The notes: generated by a model not told the origin, from the sequence alone. A stretch of DNA of 64,000 bases from Roseibacillus sp. (GCA_051251855.1 JBPOGI010000007.1:224001-288000); one strand, 5' to 3'; positions 20,701 to 29,525 are shown, numbered from the stretch's first letter. Made by a program: numbers and translations.

Positions 20701-23700
20701 GTCCGTCCTTGGAACAGCATCGTGTCAAAACCAAGGGCGGCAGCCAACCCATTGCCAGCATGACCCCAGTTCTCTGACGCGCTCTCGTCATCACCCAAGG
20801 CGTTGGAAGCAAAGAGCGGCAAGTCGTTCGTGCGCACTGCGAGTTCGGGATTGGTTCCTCCCGCATGCACGTAGTTGAGAATCATCAACCATCCACCACC
20901 ATCGGTATCACCATCGACGTATCCCTGGAAGGACTTACCATCAATATTGAACCAATAGACTCCGGTAGCCACCCCTCCGAGACCAGCAATGTCAGTGAAG
21001 GGATCATACTCAGTGCCCGTGCCAAATCCATTGCTACCAGCAAAGGTCGCGGGAGCGGGAAGATTGTCGAAGAGGATTTCGAACCCAGTGGGGTCAGAAG
21101 GATTGGGGCTCCAAATAGCAGTAGCACCATCAGGAACCATAAGAGAACCCGGAACGTAGCTGGTGCCCGCTGGAATGACTTCTGAAATCACCACATCGTC
21201 AGCGGCCGCTTTACCGGTGTTATTATACTCAATGGAGTAAGTGAGAACTTCTCCCGCTTCGGTCCAAGTCTCGTCTTGATCGGACTCATTGACCACGCTC
21301 TTGCCAATACTGATCTCAGGGCGATAGATGCGGGTGGAGACTTCGTCGGCATTGTTCGCAAGGAAATCTTCGGCGGGGTCGGCATCGGTTTGGTTATCGA
21401 CAACCAATGTCGTATTGTTCGTCACGGTATCACCATCAGCAGCAGCGTCAGAGACATAGCCCTGGAGGGTGAAGGTGACAATCGCTCCTACCGGCACTCC
21501 GATATTGCGATAGTAATCAGTATCAACGGCGTTAGCAGTGGTGCCGAGATACCAGGTCACGGTATCTCCTCCAGCGGGAGAGAGATTGTCCAAGGTCGCA
21601 CTAATCGGGAAAGTCACGGGAGATCCGGTTCCATCTTCCAGAGTCACACTCGCGCCATCATCATCGGTCGCCTCAACTGTTGCGAAACCATTGAAGGCAG
21701 TCGGATGCGGAACAAAATTGGCCGGCAGAACATCTTCCACCTTCACCCCGTAGGCAGTCTGAGTTCCAGTATTGGTCAGCTCAATGGTGTAGGTAATCGG
21801 GTCGCCAGGACGCAAACCGGGAACACTCCCCTCGGCACTAGCTGACTTCGCAATCGCCATATCCACTCCGGGAATTTGGGTCATCGCGGTGGCTGCATTG
21901 TTGTTTGGTCCATCGGTTGGATCCTCAGGGTCGTCACTCTCTTGAGCACTGGTGGAAATCGTAGCGGTATTGGTGTAAGCCGTTCCAGGAGCGGTGCCCC
22001 CCGGAATCGAAGTGCTCACCAGAATATCAGAATCACCGGCATTGGCAGGAACAGTTCCCACCTCAAAGGCAATGAAAGTGACAGTCGCTGTCGGGGTAGA
22101 ACTCCAACCGAGGCCAGAAGTCCCGGGCGTGAAGACCGGCGCGGCGGGGGCATCGGAATAGTAGGCTACCACTCCAGAAGGAAGAAGCACGCTATTGAAA
22201 GTCAGACCCGACGGAATGGCATCAATGATGTAAACATCAGGAGCTTCGTTATTCGTTCCATTGCTGTAAGAGATCGTCCAAACGACAGTCTCTCCAGCTT
22301 GGGCAACGCTCACTGCAGACTTGGTGATTTTAGGATCGGGGAATGGAAGCACCACTTCTTGCTCATCGGTGTTTCCATACTCGTTATCCTCCACATCAGA
22401 GGTTGTCACCTCTGCCACGTTCGTCAGAGTATCGCCTGCGGCACCTGAGACATCGACCTGATAACTGATGAAAACATCGGCAGACTGCCCAGGGAGAACT
22501 CCCATGGCACCGCCATCTTGGGTCAAAGAGGTCCAATTGAGAACACTATCACCCCCAGTAGGGTCATCTAAAATAGCATAGCCCGGTGTGAGCATCTGGG
22601 TGCTCCCTTCCACGAAGGTCATTCCCGCAGGCAAAGTGTCGGTGATGACCACGTCGTTGGCCTCATTCAGACCACGGTTAGCCACCAACAGAGTAAAGGT
22701 GATGCGATCTCCATTCTTGGGCTCGGTCGTGCTGGCAATTTTACTGAGGGTCAGGTCCGGGTTGGCCACGGTAACCGGATCACTATCGCTCACAACGACA
22801 GCAGAGCGTGCGTTCGAAGCAAATCCCTGCACGGTATTGAGAACCTCAGTGCCTGAAGCGGTGGTGGAAAGCGGAACCACAACGAAGCTAACACGCCCTC
22901 CCTCACCGGTGAGCAAATCGCTCTTCAGCCCAGGAGAACCAGCAATAAGAACTTCAACGATCGATGAGCCATCTGCGTTCGTAGTGATGGTAACATTAGG
23001 ATCAGCCTTGATATCAAGCTCACCGGCGGTCTGACCATTCGCAATCGCAACGTCATTCCACTCATGCCGAACTCGGCGAAGAGTAACATCCTTAGGAAGA
23101 TAGTCGGTAATGGTGACAATATCATCGGTGAAGCCCGAGTTGTTAATATAGTCCACATTCCAAATGAAGCGCTCACCCGCAGTAACGAGTTCCTTGTTGC
23201 TAGACTTGGAAATTTGAAGACCAGGGAAAGATTCAACCGTGGTGCGCACCTCATTGCCGACAGCCTGCAAGTTGGTGTCGGAGAAGATGACGAGCTCGTT
23301 GAAAATCACGGTGCCCTCAGGAGAGCCATCGGTTCCCACCGTTGTGCCGTTGTCATCATTGACCACGGTGAAAGTCACGGTCTTGTAGGCAGCCGAGACA
23401 TCAAGCTGAGGAGGCGAAAGAGTCGGGTCGTCTACCTTATAGGCAATCCAAGTTGTTTGGTCGCCGAAGGGACTTGTCCAAGTATCGTCAGATGGATCAC
23501 TTGGCGTGCCATTGTCATCCTGAACACCAGGAGTGAAGTTTGCACTAATCACGCTGAAATCGACCGGATTGAGAACACTGATTTGGTTAGCCGGCATCGA
23601 AGGTGGCAACTTATCAGTGAACCAGATTTCCTCGCCATTAGGCGCAGTCGCTTCTGAGAAAGTCGTGCGGAAGGGAATGCGATCCACCACCCAAGAATTG

Positions 23701-26474
23701 ACAGAAGTCGCGGTGCCAACGTTGCGGTAGTTGACCTCGTAGGTCACTTCGTCACCAGTGCCAATGACGTTCAGGACATCGTCCTTGTTCGCTTGGAGGA
23801 GTGGAGTTCCCGAAACAATACCACTGGTCTGAATACTTGCTTCAAAGGGAGAACAAAGGTCATCGAAGCCAGTCAGGTTCGCAGCCACAGAGTAAACCGA
23901 AAGGTTTTCAGTTCCGTTCGGGAAACCAAGCTCCATCGTAATGGTCGCTTCCTCACCCGGTGACAACTGACGACCCAACTGAAGAGTCACGTTTCCGTTG
24001 ATGGGATTGAAGTTCGTAATCGTTCCCCCGTCCACCCCTTGAATAGAGGGATATGTGGCAACTCCATTCACGCTCACAGTCGTGAGCTGGAGGTCGACGT
24101 TCACATCACTGAACGCCTCCAAACCAACCAATCCCGAATCCACTGACTCGTTTCTAACAGTCAAAGAATACTCCGCGACCCCTGGAATCACAGTGACTGG
24201 AGTCACGCTCGCCGCTTCAGAGTCGATGTAGAATTCACCCTGAGGAGGCTTCACCCGGGTAAGGTCATCATTCTTGTAAGTAAAAGGATTAGTGAGAACC
24301 TGCAGGGTTCCGTCCGTCTTCCGGTAGACGTCAACCAAGCCCCAGTTCTCGATCCAATACTCCGAACAAGGATCGGTCGGAGCGGTCACGATGGTGTTGA
24401 AAGCTGCGTAAACACGCGAACCCGGGTCGCTTGCAAAATCAATAAAGGAAGGCATCGAAGGATGATGCACTGCCACCCAAGTTACTGTTGCGGGCTGAGT
24501 TTGGCTCCAATCGGCAGGTGTGCCGCTTGGCAGAGCCGAATAATCGAAGACAGGGTGAATCTCAGGGTCGTCATAGGTCGGATCAGTGCCCACATAGAAC
24601 CAAACCGTCGCCCCTTCCGCAGCTGTAATGTCTTCCTTACTACGGCGATTATGAAGAGAGGCCGAGACGAACTCGACTTCAGCGGGAATGCGGTCGAAAT
24701 AGACGACATCATTGAGCTCAATGACTCCGCAGTTCGTATTATAAAGACGATACTCAACCGGGTCCCCTGCGACAACGGGAACCACACCATCAATGTCCAA
24801 ACCACAGGGAACGTCCTGCTCCTTGGGCAAATAGTGTGGGAAATAACCAAACTTACAAAAACAACCACCGATAGGCACATCGACAATCATGGGGAGTTCG
24901 TCGGTCAGCAGCTCAGTCTGATCGGAATCAAGTCCCGCGGTATTGGTGAACTCAGTGAGCTGGGGAATATCAGAAGCCAGGTCGACCTTGAATTCAATTT
25001 GGTAACCATCCCCCACTTCCAAGGTCCCAAAGTCCCAGTAAACACTCTGCGCCGGAACTTCTGTGGTATGAACCGTCGTGGCTGTCGAGGTGAAGACCGC
25101 AGGGATGACCGTTGTGGTGCCATCAGCATTGAACTTAGTCGCGGAGAACGTGTGACCAGGGTTGGTTGGATTGAGCAAATACGAATCGCTCGTGTCGCCA
25201 TCTCCATTAGGATCGATGAGACCGGAGAGGTCATCGTAAATGACGGTGTTATACATGCGGGAGCGGTTTTGCTCATCGTAGTCGTTGCCATCAACAGGGC
25301 CAAAGGGATCGCGGATGCGGAAGGTCAAAGTGTCACTCACACCCGGGCTATCCCGAGCAATCACGTAGTTTTCACCATTGAGTCCAAAGACGCGGGTAAC
25401 CCCGGGAGCCGCAAGCGTCGCGCCTGCCTTGGTCATGTTCGGAGCAGGCTCAGAAGTAATGATCGTCTCGACGGGAGCCGCCACTTTATCATCACCATTG
25501 TCCACATGGACGTTGGCATTGTTCTCATAAACGGTGCCATTCAAGGTTCCGTTAGGAGCCTCGACAAACAACTGAAGAACGAGAGAATTTCCAGCCTCAA
25601 CCTCATCAAAATACCAAACCACCGAATTGTCCGGGAACTCGGTCATTCCATCTGGGTAAGAAGGAAGCGGATCACCCGTGGCGGCATCAGTTGTTCCATC
25701 CGCGGTAAAGATTCCCCCATCTGAAATCTGGCCAATGATGGGCTCGTCCGCTTGACCGTAGTCGGTGGGATAATCAATCCCCCGTCCATTCATAGGCAGC
25801 GTGTCCCAAACGATCACATTCTGTGCATCGACAAAGTTAGCCGAAAGGCGAACCTGATAAGGAAACTGAACCCCAGCCGGAATGGTCTCCACCGTCTTCT
25901 TATCGAAGAGAAGCACCGTCTGAGGGTTCCAAGTCACCATCATCTCACGCACCACTGGCGCCGTCGCCCCCCGCGTGTGGTCTACTCGCACCTGAATCTC
26001 TGGATAAGCCACTGCATCCAAACCACTGATATCCAAACACCCCTCGGAGTCAAAGTTAGACATATCAAGGTCAATGAACCCCGTGATGGGAGAACCCGTG
26101 CTCACGTCCAGGAGAGTGACGTCCAAGGCATCATTTGTGCCATAGCTCGCATCCAGACAAAGCTTGTCCCAAGCATCGAAACTCGGCGGCGTGATAATTA
26201 CCGAAGTCTGCGAACCTGCCGCCTGACCGGAAACCAAACTCGCGGTGCCCGCAAAGACATCCACGGCCACATTACTCAGCACATTCGTGCCGAGCTCATC
26301 ATTAAAGGTATTCGTCCAAGTTCCTTCGTTGTTGTCAACGGTTGGAGCAGCCTGCAACTGTAATGCGGAGGTCCCCAAGCACATCACCAGCGAAAGGGCA
26401 CTGAGAAACTTTTTTTTGAAGGGGGCTATTGGGGACAGATTGGGTGAGCTCAAGATCGGTTTCGTAAAGGGCAT
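11784..26474 (-). CDS. Giant secreted adhesin-like protein (4896 aa): DUF11-type repeats, fibrinogen-related domain, FG-GAP repeats, SdrD B-like repeats, conserved C-terminal region
   Basis: Signal peptide ending ..ALQLQA; repeated K....GD..TYT....N.G...A..V.I.D.LP; GVYWF..DGDTDGGGW; GDVNGDGIPDLAVGA and GDLDGDGLSEFAVSA; repeated IG(D/N).(V/I)W.D.(D/N).(D/N)G.Q..GEPG...TD..G.Y.F...DFGY. Confidence 0.92.
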   Translation of the reverse strand: MPFTKPILSSPNLSPIAPFKKKFLSALSLVMCLGTSALQLQAAPTVDNNEGTWTNTFNDELGTNVLSNVAVDVFAGTASLVSGQAAGSQTSVIITPPSFDAWDKLCLDASYGTNDALDVTLLDVSTGSPITGFIDLDMSNFDSEGCLDISGLDAVAYPEIQVRVDHTRGATAPVVREMMVTWNPQTVLLFDKKTVETIPAGVQFPYQVRLSANFVDAQNVIVWDTLPMNGRGIDYPTDYGQADEPIIGQISDGGIFTADGTTDAATGDPLPSYPDGMTEFPDNSVVWYFDEVEAGNSLVLQLFVEAPNGTLNGTVYENNANVHVDNGDDKVAAPVETIITSEPAPNMTKAGATLAAPGVTRVFGLNGENYVIARDSPGVSDTLTFRIRDPFGPVDGNDYDEQNRSRMYNTVIYDDLSGLIDPNGDGDTSDSYLLNPTNPGHTFSATKFNADGTTTVIPAVFTSTATTVHTTEVPAQSVYWDFGTLEVGDGYQIEFKVDLASDIPQLTEFTNTAGLDSDQTELLTDELPMIVDVPIGGCFCKFGYFPHYLPKEQDVPCGLDIDGVVPVVAGDPVEYRLYNTNCGVIELNDVVYFDRIPAEVEFVSASLHNRRSKEDITAAEGATVWFYVGTDPTYDDPEIHPVFDYSALPSGTPADWSQTQPATVTWVAVHHPSMPSFIDFASDPGSRVYAAFNTIVTAPTDPCSEYWIENWGLVDVYRKTDGTLQVLTNPFTYKNDDLTRVKPPQGEFYIDSEAASVTPVTVIPGVAEYSLTVRNESVDSGLVGLEAFSDVNVDLQLTTVSVNGVATYPSIQGVDGGTITNFNPINGNVTLQLGRQLSPGEEATITMELGFPNGTENLSVYSVAANLTGFDDLCSPFEASIQTSGIVSGTPLLQANKDDVLNVIGTGDEVTYEVNYRNVGTATSVNSWVVDRIPFRTTFSEATAPNGEEIWFTDKLPPSMPANQISVLNPVDFSVISANFTPGVQDDNGTPSDPSDDTWTSPFGDQTTWIAYKVDDPTLSPPQLDVSAAYKTVTFTVVNDDNGTTVGTDGSPEGTVIFNELVIFSDTNLQAVGNEVRTTVESFPGLQISKSSNKELVTAGERFIWNVDYINNSGFTDDIVTITDYLPKDVTLRRVRHEWNDVAIANGQTAGELDIKADPNVTITTNADGSSIVEVLIAGSPGLKSDLLTGEGGRVSFVVVPLSTTASGTEVLNTVQGFASNARSAVVVSDSDPVTVANPDLTLSKIASTTEPKNGDRITFTLLVANRGLNEANDVVITDTLPAGMTFVEGSTQMLTPGYAILDDPTGGDSVLNWTSLTQDGGAMGVLPGQSADVFISYQVDVSGAAGDTLTNVAEVTTSDVEDNEYGNTDEQEVVLPFPDPKITKSAVSVAQAGETVVWTISYSNGTNNEAPDVYIIDAIPSGLTFNSVLLPSGVVAYYSDAPAAPVFTPGTSGLGWSSTPTATVTFIAFEVGTVPANAGDSDILVSTSIPGGTAPGTAYTNTATISTSAQESDDPEDPTDGPNNNAATAMTQIPGVDMAIAKSASAEGSVPGLRPGDPITYTIELTNTGTQTAYGVKVEDVLPANFVPHPTAFNGFATVEATDDDGASVTLEDGTGSPVTFPISATLDNLSPAGGDTVTWYLGTTANAVDTDYYRNIGVPVGAIVTFTLQGYVSDAAADGDTVTNNTTLVVDNQTDADPAEDFLANNADEVSTRIYRPEISIGKSVVNESDQDETWTEAGEVLTYSIEYNNTGKAAADDVVISEVIPAGTSYVPGSLMVPDGATAIWSPNPSDPTGFEILFDNLPAPATFAGSNGFGTGTEYDPFTDIAGLGGVATGVYWFNIDGKSFQGYVDGDTDGGGWLMILNYVHAGGTNPELAVRTNDLPLFASNALGDDESASENWGHAGNGLAAALGFDTMLFQGRTSDHERVVNIRTTDDFMRGNDYVKTGTGDFNHFHYDGNWVGVPGHTANIPALATEENDDEGDYALTELPFYQDGVANWAIRANGDDWELDNVLGDDSADTIHRVFVRKEPAGSPGAVLCLEPLPKVEVESFLSEVSALDAGYDQHVAFDTNVDNDIPNVTDDRAHTRSHQVTYHAVGDIDNDGVIDYAVGSPFRDLDESNEMDLVNVNQGAVLINFMNADGSVKSSVEIAEGTAAASGLLAGLSAFDYFGYSLEPIGDVNGDGIPDLAVGAYGTNVGNVGRGAVYLLFLDTDGSLKDLKKIVSGTGGFVTASGVTGADDQGSVGIGRGLTYIEDFAGSGDSVLVAGDVSLDSSRGGYYFFWLERDINGHMTGDVTSFIKMQTARSAELSGYLDSGDLFGFDLSFVGDLDGNGAEDLVVGASSDDDGYTATGAAYIVLLETTGELKKVSKISNLTTPALALDANDNFGYGVAAVGDLDGDGLSEFAVSAANDDDITSSVNTSGNASNRGATYIFYPNADGTLREYCKLSPIEGNGYIFRQGQNGGQRMNSYDIDGDGILELFYGSQLNAGVNYSPGITNPTYVYDGMGGATATFGIVSQGSDATRPGVIVAKLRSGFEAYETIVTEDYPVVAAGTLTKWDRLLVSVEADDAVTTTFELRNAADTTTLFGPAELEDGFADISSIDIANSEMILRVTMTSTDESAMACFNSWRATYVVEEVPSFTFQVMVDDPAPVGQSTIDNTISIATSTPEIDDNTANNTAEDSINLRLTDLAVSKLVDTGAVKEGASETINYDIAWEVLGPQGALNAVVTDILPANTTYVSSSGSPTVDADYEGSGLTALIWNLGDQATGASGSFTVQVTETGGVAGDSLNNVVTIANDRQESDYDNNDDSALTVITDANGLANVWIEKVADTAVVDLYGGGSFTITYGNNGNGDAADVVISDTLPDGLVIQSATPGTLGSANDFSYNAGILTPGATGSVTVTFTVDQAYMTSNWQKTQVNIANIATTSAETDLGDNSDPAEVDVILEQLASLSGTVYHDDDRADGDAGADNLGNLDLTEAGIPGVTITLTGTDIFGNAVELTTVTDDDGNYSFAGINPGTYDVTETQPEGWFSTTTDAGDLVDTTASPSSTTADQGTAGSDTITGITLAGGERGVDFNFGEDLASLGDFVWIDGNGNGLQDPGESGVPGVTVRVYDAATDTVVGVTSTDAQGNYLFDDLLAGDYYVEFDYSTLPYGYGPTEQNADGDDTVADTNTDSDADVMTGRTQTVTLAAGDSDTDLDLGLIGPPVGTIGNYIWHDEDSNGYQDDGEPGLANVKVDLYDGDGNVVATTYTDADGGYLFTDLPAGEYYVNVDETTLPTGFTQSPFTNSGGDFGNQDDSDDPGAGDYGYPVLLGGTEPMDNSTADFGYNINPAGEVNDPTATAGAEVAALGDFIWIDADGDGIQDDGEAPVAGVEVSLYNDHDGDGVYDNLVGTTTTDSNGRYYFDGLVPDAYVVEVTDSATASHDILGSDYLQTGDPDHFAETDTAFSANDGKSEPIVLAPGDVFLNGDFGYQPEVTAPLGSIGDTVWNDLNGDGVEDAGEPGIGGVTVSLIDDLDGDGVWDVGEPIINTTTTASDGSYIFDNLPYDDYIVWVNDTDGVLSGLEQTYDADGVAGTPNLSATTIDAGTPDVDDQDFGYTSGEALGSIGDTVWGDLDSSGGDQSTQGNEPGLADVVVNLYADDDGDGLADDVNGDGSVDANDIIATTVTDSNGNYLFDGLPLGGYVVEVDTATLPAGYQTAATHDSDGNNDSSSPVLLTDVAPDNRAQDFSYPADGTLGAIGDTIWADDDSNGSQNAGEQGLPGITVNLYDVTGTILIATTVTDSNGNYLFPELPLGDYTVEVDTTTLPDGYDAAPTGDPENDGDSSSSVTVSSGTPVDLDQDFGYPPATVGEPVGSIGDTIYADLDGDGTQDANEPGLAGVTVTLTDGTETWTTVTDENGNYNFPNLDPDSGISYTVQVDTSTLPPEFSPVPTESGSDGGTDDSSTLSLDTTDATTRNDDAQDFGFQPAAETGSIGNYVWLDADGGADQNESDTGLPGVLVELYDEQGELIAVTETGPDGSYYFGGLPLDDGSGAAGADYTVKIADSNFDPGGVLEALDNTFDNDGGLDSESEVTLTSGAPDNVDQDFGYVSTDGGSIGTTIWNDVDGDGVLDGGEAGIEGVTVVLYRDIDGDGIVDSGDPAVGTTTTDANGEYLFDGLPFDDYIVVVTDDGNELDGYWHSVGPNPGTDGNSQEDGGYPVTIDSGNPDDDTADFGYYKDPAAIGNYVWFDSNNDGVQESGEPAIEGAVVTLTITYPDGTVVSLTDVTDTTGHYDFGNLLMDEDYNGDGAGAEPTYVLSVQTPTGTEPTVIESGTATSLTDSNDPAGAPAIAIQGQTATDQQADPSGEGANASYDFGFTSPKSGTYTEFQDTNDSALDHTSNPGTNDGLADNPDGDIYPNALEYAFCLNPGDGLPGHGEFCLTKAPDGSVTAQFMRRRGGLNDVTYTLQGAATLDTPTVWSDLSDITPTVNITDADVPVEAEKVIYSDIQNSTGPVTPQNGVVRMKVEIDVDGSETITPDEVFYSRTFGWQCNLFGDYQCLSFSSPFKEKPELSGTFGSGVLTLATDSETGDIILDVSDSVGNVDLSSVVGSNGEKYLQITSGLFEGHRFDILGGGIGTISLLNDSDIFDTAVASLNTLDGLPTDSGLNGASYEVIRYRTIDEVFDKTTTFAGEEDSNPADATRLLFYDVRKSDPGFETLMLVGTAPDTKWIRVTDPFAQVDQGGLRLDPSMGNWIHPKSSGDALAPATIPPVEQFTFGMVADYDQAAPMNEGFNLTGAMWPLDQSPAGANGRDLTLAAGFDGGASPTKSSELLFWKGDRVVDEVGVTEYKTGYLGYMLADAGPYNYWLDLNDSQLLNRDADLLIESHRAVMVKVLPGDDKRSHIYPLPQF

Positions 26475-26916
26475 ACTAAATCTTATATGATTACTTATTT
26501 ATCTTAACTAAAAGGAACCCCGCAATGAAGCCCAATCACCTCTCGAGCAACCCGATGACACAACTAACTCCAAACTGACGTAAAGTCTTAGCGACCAAGC
26601 CTTCCAGAAAAGGCAGCCCACATCCCTGTAAGGGCCTAGAAAACTCGTGCCTTGTTAGAGCAGAATGGCGAGGATTTGGTCACCCCCAGTATACCTACAC
26701 CTTTAAGTTAACTTTCAATCCTCTCTACTGAAGCGAGAGAAGGTTGAGCTCATCTTGAATGCCGGTTGAAGTCATCACTTTAAAGTGAGCGATCATCTCA
26801 CAACCAGCTCAAGCCAAACTCACAGGCCTCGTTAGAACCTGTTAGTCTTCTTTTGACTCCATAAGCAAAGACGGCCTAAACCACGCCTTCTGAAATGCAA
26901 CTGGGAACTCAAGGCC

Positions 26917-27654
26917 TCAGTAGCTACAACGCGAGAAACTTTTTCTCTTACGCCGAATGATGAGGAGGCTACCCACGGATACGAAGTATAGAACTGAACT
27001 GGGTTCAGGGACACTCTCAAAACTGTGAGTTTGAAGGTAAAACTCTTCTGCGCCACCGGTGGAGTTACCTCCACCAATCATATTGTTATTGATAGCTCCC
27101 CAAACAACCGTTTCCGCGTCTGGTAAATACCATTGTAACTCTTCCGCAAAACTCCCAGGGAATCCCCAATCAGGCACACTCTCGCTCGTGTAAAGTAGCC
27201 ACTCAGCATCACCTTCTGGTAAATCACCACTCCTCACGAAGACGTAGGCCTGCTCCCCAGCGGAAAAGGTATCGGTTGGGTCGGCATCTTCCGAATTGCT
27301 GGTTCGAGCACTAGATAAATCGGCCCGACCTCCAAAGATGGCCGTGCTCCCTTCCCCCGCGATAAAGGCATCATTGTCGGGAGTGTCGTCAACGGTGATT
27401 GCATCGAAAATTTTCCAGTGCATCAACCAATCATCAGTATTATCAGTCGTAGGGACAAAACCTCCGAAACTACCAAGTTCGAACTTGTATTCATCAAGCG
27501 TAATTGCCCCTCCATCACTCGTCAGAACATTTCCAAACTTCAATTCACTCCCCCAGACAATCACCTGAGTCGATTGACCTAAAACGGTAGGATGCACGAA
27601 TAGCGCCCAACAGACAGCCACTTTGAGTGAAGATAAACAAGTCTTAGGAACCAT
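26917..27654 (-). CDS. PEP-CTERM sorting domain protein
   Basis: Signal-like N-terminus; C-terminal VPEPSS + hydrophobic helix + RRKRK. Confidence 0.88.
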   Translation of the reverse strand: MVPKTCLSSLKVAVCWALFVHPTVLGQSTQVIVWGSELKFGNVLTSDGGAITLDEYKFELGSFGGFVPTTDNTDDWLMHWKIFDAITVDDTPDNDAFIAGEGSTAIFGGRADLSSARTSNSEDADPTDTFSAGEQAYVFVRSGDLPEGDAEWLLYTSESVPDWGFPGSFAEELQWYLPDAETVVWGAINNNMIGGGNSTGGAEEFYLQTHSFESVPEPSSVLYFVSVGSLLIIRRKRKSFSRCSY

Positions 27655-27734
27655 CTGAGAATCGTCACATAAGTTGACAATCAAAGCAAGTTTATCAATC
27701 GGGTGGCAGCTACCATTTTTGGCCTAAGCCAAGT

Positions 27735-28625
27735 CTATGGCATCAGTTCCACCCTGACTCGCCCAAAGCGGGTTGACCCTGCAGAAGACACCGAAGTGAG
27801 GTCCCGGTAGATGAGCTCCTCAGGATTGGAGCTCTGCAAAAAAACGAAAGCGTCCCCTTCATCCCAATCCAAGACATTCGAGCTGACCTGACCAAAGTAA
27901 AGGGCCTGAACTGCACGAGCCCTTTGGCAGCTAAACTGAAAGAATCCCGCAACTACCTTCCCTTCTAAACAGACTAGATTGGGTTGAGAAGGATTCCCTC
28001 CAAACGCAAATTCCTCAAGATTGGTCGAACCATCAGCATCCGGATCCGCATCCCATCCCGCAATCAGAGGATCCGATAGATCAGCATCGTCAAAGTTGAG
28101 TTGTAACCAGTGTTCACCAGTCAAAAGCGGTGGCTCACCGACAACAGCGGCCGTCTGTAACTCTGCCTCTTCGATGGCACCGACCACGATCAAATCAGCG
28201 TCGGAGGTGAACCAATTGACGTCAGGATTCAAGGGATTGTTGAACGGCACTACCCAGCTGTTAGCAGAAAAAAGAACCCACTCATTAGAAGGTAAGCTTC
28301 GGTTGAGTCCCCAGACGTAACCTTGCCGCCCCGTCGAAAGACCATCGTTGTCCCAGACCTTCCCAAAAAGTTGGGAGGAAGGTGAGTAGCCACTCACATC
28401 CAAAGTCGTCCATCGTCCTGACCACTCACTGCTATTGGAAGAGGTCGGAGTAAACCCATTATCGAAATATCCCAAGAAGAATGTCCATGACGAGTCCAAA
28501 CTCCCCCCCTGGCTATCAATTGCCGACGAGCCCAATTCGTTGCCCCATCGAACACCTCCAGCAAACAAAGGATTGACAAGAAGACAAACGACCAGAACGA
28601 GGATACGATGACTCCCTTGATTCAT
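27735..28625 (-). CDS. Secreted protein paralogous to the flanking PEP-CTERM proteins but with a different C-terminal domain
   Basis: Shared WG..DS.G..LG.F..F.PT..N...W...W and G.Q.YV..EW.L motifs; ends in DADPDADGSTNLEEFAFGGNP...RFGRVRVELMP. Confidence 0.85.
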   Translation of the reverse strand: MNQGSHRILVLVVCLLVNPLFAGGVRWGNELGSSAIDSQGGSLDSSWTFFLGYFDNGFTPTSSNSSEWSGRWTTLDVSGYSPSSQLFGKVWDNDGLSTGRQGYVWGLNRSLPSNEWVLFSANSWVVPFNNPLNPDVNWFTSDADLIVVGAIEEAELQTAAVVGEPPLLTGEHWLQLNFDDADLSDPLIAGWDADPDADGSTNLEEFAFGGNPSQPNLVCLEGKVVAGFFQFSCQRARAVQALYFGQVSSNVLDWDEGDAFVFLQSSNPEELIYRDLTSVSSAGSTRFGRVRVELMP

Positions 28626-28667
28626 ACTGGGTTGTTAGCGAGAAGAACTCGTTAGCTTTACGGTTTA

Positions 28668-29411
28668 CTACTGCCCACGTTGACGGCGCAAGAGCATGAG
28701 AGAACTCAGGCTTACCAACAACGCGGTGGTAGGCTCGGGAACAAAAGTAAAAGTCTGCACCAGATAATCTTTCCCTGTGAAACTATGAACGCCGCCACCT
28801 TCGGTCGCACCTTGGTTAATCCCACCCCACACCACATTCTCGGCGTCTTGCACCCGCCAATCCAAGTCATCGGCTGGGTTATGGCTCTCTGGAGAGACGA
28901 AGGGAAATTGCCAACTGTCTCCGCCACCCGAACTGCGCGTGTATAGCAACCATTCTGATCCTGGAGCAGTAGCGTTACTATTTCGAATAAAGACGTAGGC
29001 TTGCTTCCCTTGCGCAAACTCATAGGACGAATTGACCATGGAGTCTCCTGAAAGAGAGTTGTTATCAGAAGTCAGAATATCACGTCCTCCAAATCGAGTA
29101 GGATCGCCAGGATTCAAAAAGTCAGCGCTATCTTCGTCGCTATCAACGATGGCATCAAAGACCCGCCATTCTCCAACCCAACTGGAAGTATTCGAGCTCG
29201 TTGGAGAGAAAGAGCCGTCGAAAGTACCCAACTCGATCGAGTATCCCCCATCGGTGAAGCTACCGTCACCCAAGGTTATGGGAGTACCATTGCTATCAAT
29301 GACCGAGCCCGGAGGAAAAATGTTAGAGCCCCAATCGATGGTCAACTCTTGACCAAGAGCAGAACCAGCTGAAAGCGCACTAATGAGACAAAAAATCTGA
29401 GGGAGTCGCAT
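28668..29411 (-). CDS. PEP-CTERM sorting domain protein
   Basis: Signal peptide ..SALG; C-terminal VPEPTTALLVSLSSLMLLRRQR. Confidence 0.9.
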   Translation of the reverse strand: MRLPQIFCLISALSAGSALGQELTIDWGSNIFPPGSVIDSNGTPITLGDGSFTDGGYSIELGTFDGSFSPTSSNTSSWVGEWRVFDAIVDSDEDSADFLNPGDPTRFGGRDILTSDNNSLSGDSMVNSSYEFAQGKQAYVFIRNSNATAPGSEWLLYTRSSGGGDSWQFPFVSPESHNPADDLDWRVQDAENVVWGGINQGATEGGGVHSFTGKDYLVQTFTFVPEPTTALLVSLSSLMLLRRQRGQ

Positions 29412-29525
29412 AATCTCCCCAAAGAATAGACAAGACTGATATTATGGGAAGGTTAATCTTTGTCCGTATTTCGCTCATTCTAACTCCCTGCAGGAGGAGG
29501 TCTTGAGCCCCTCCCCCCTTCCTAG

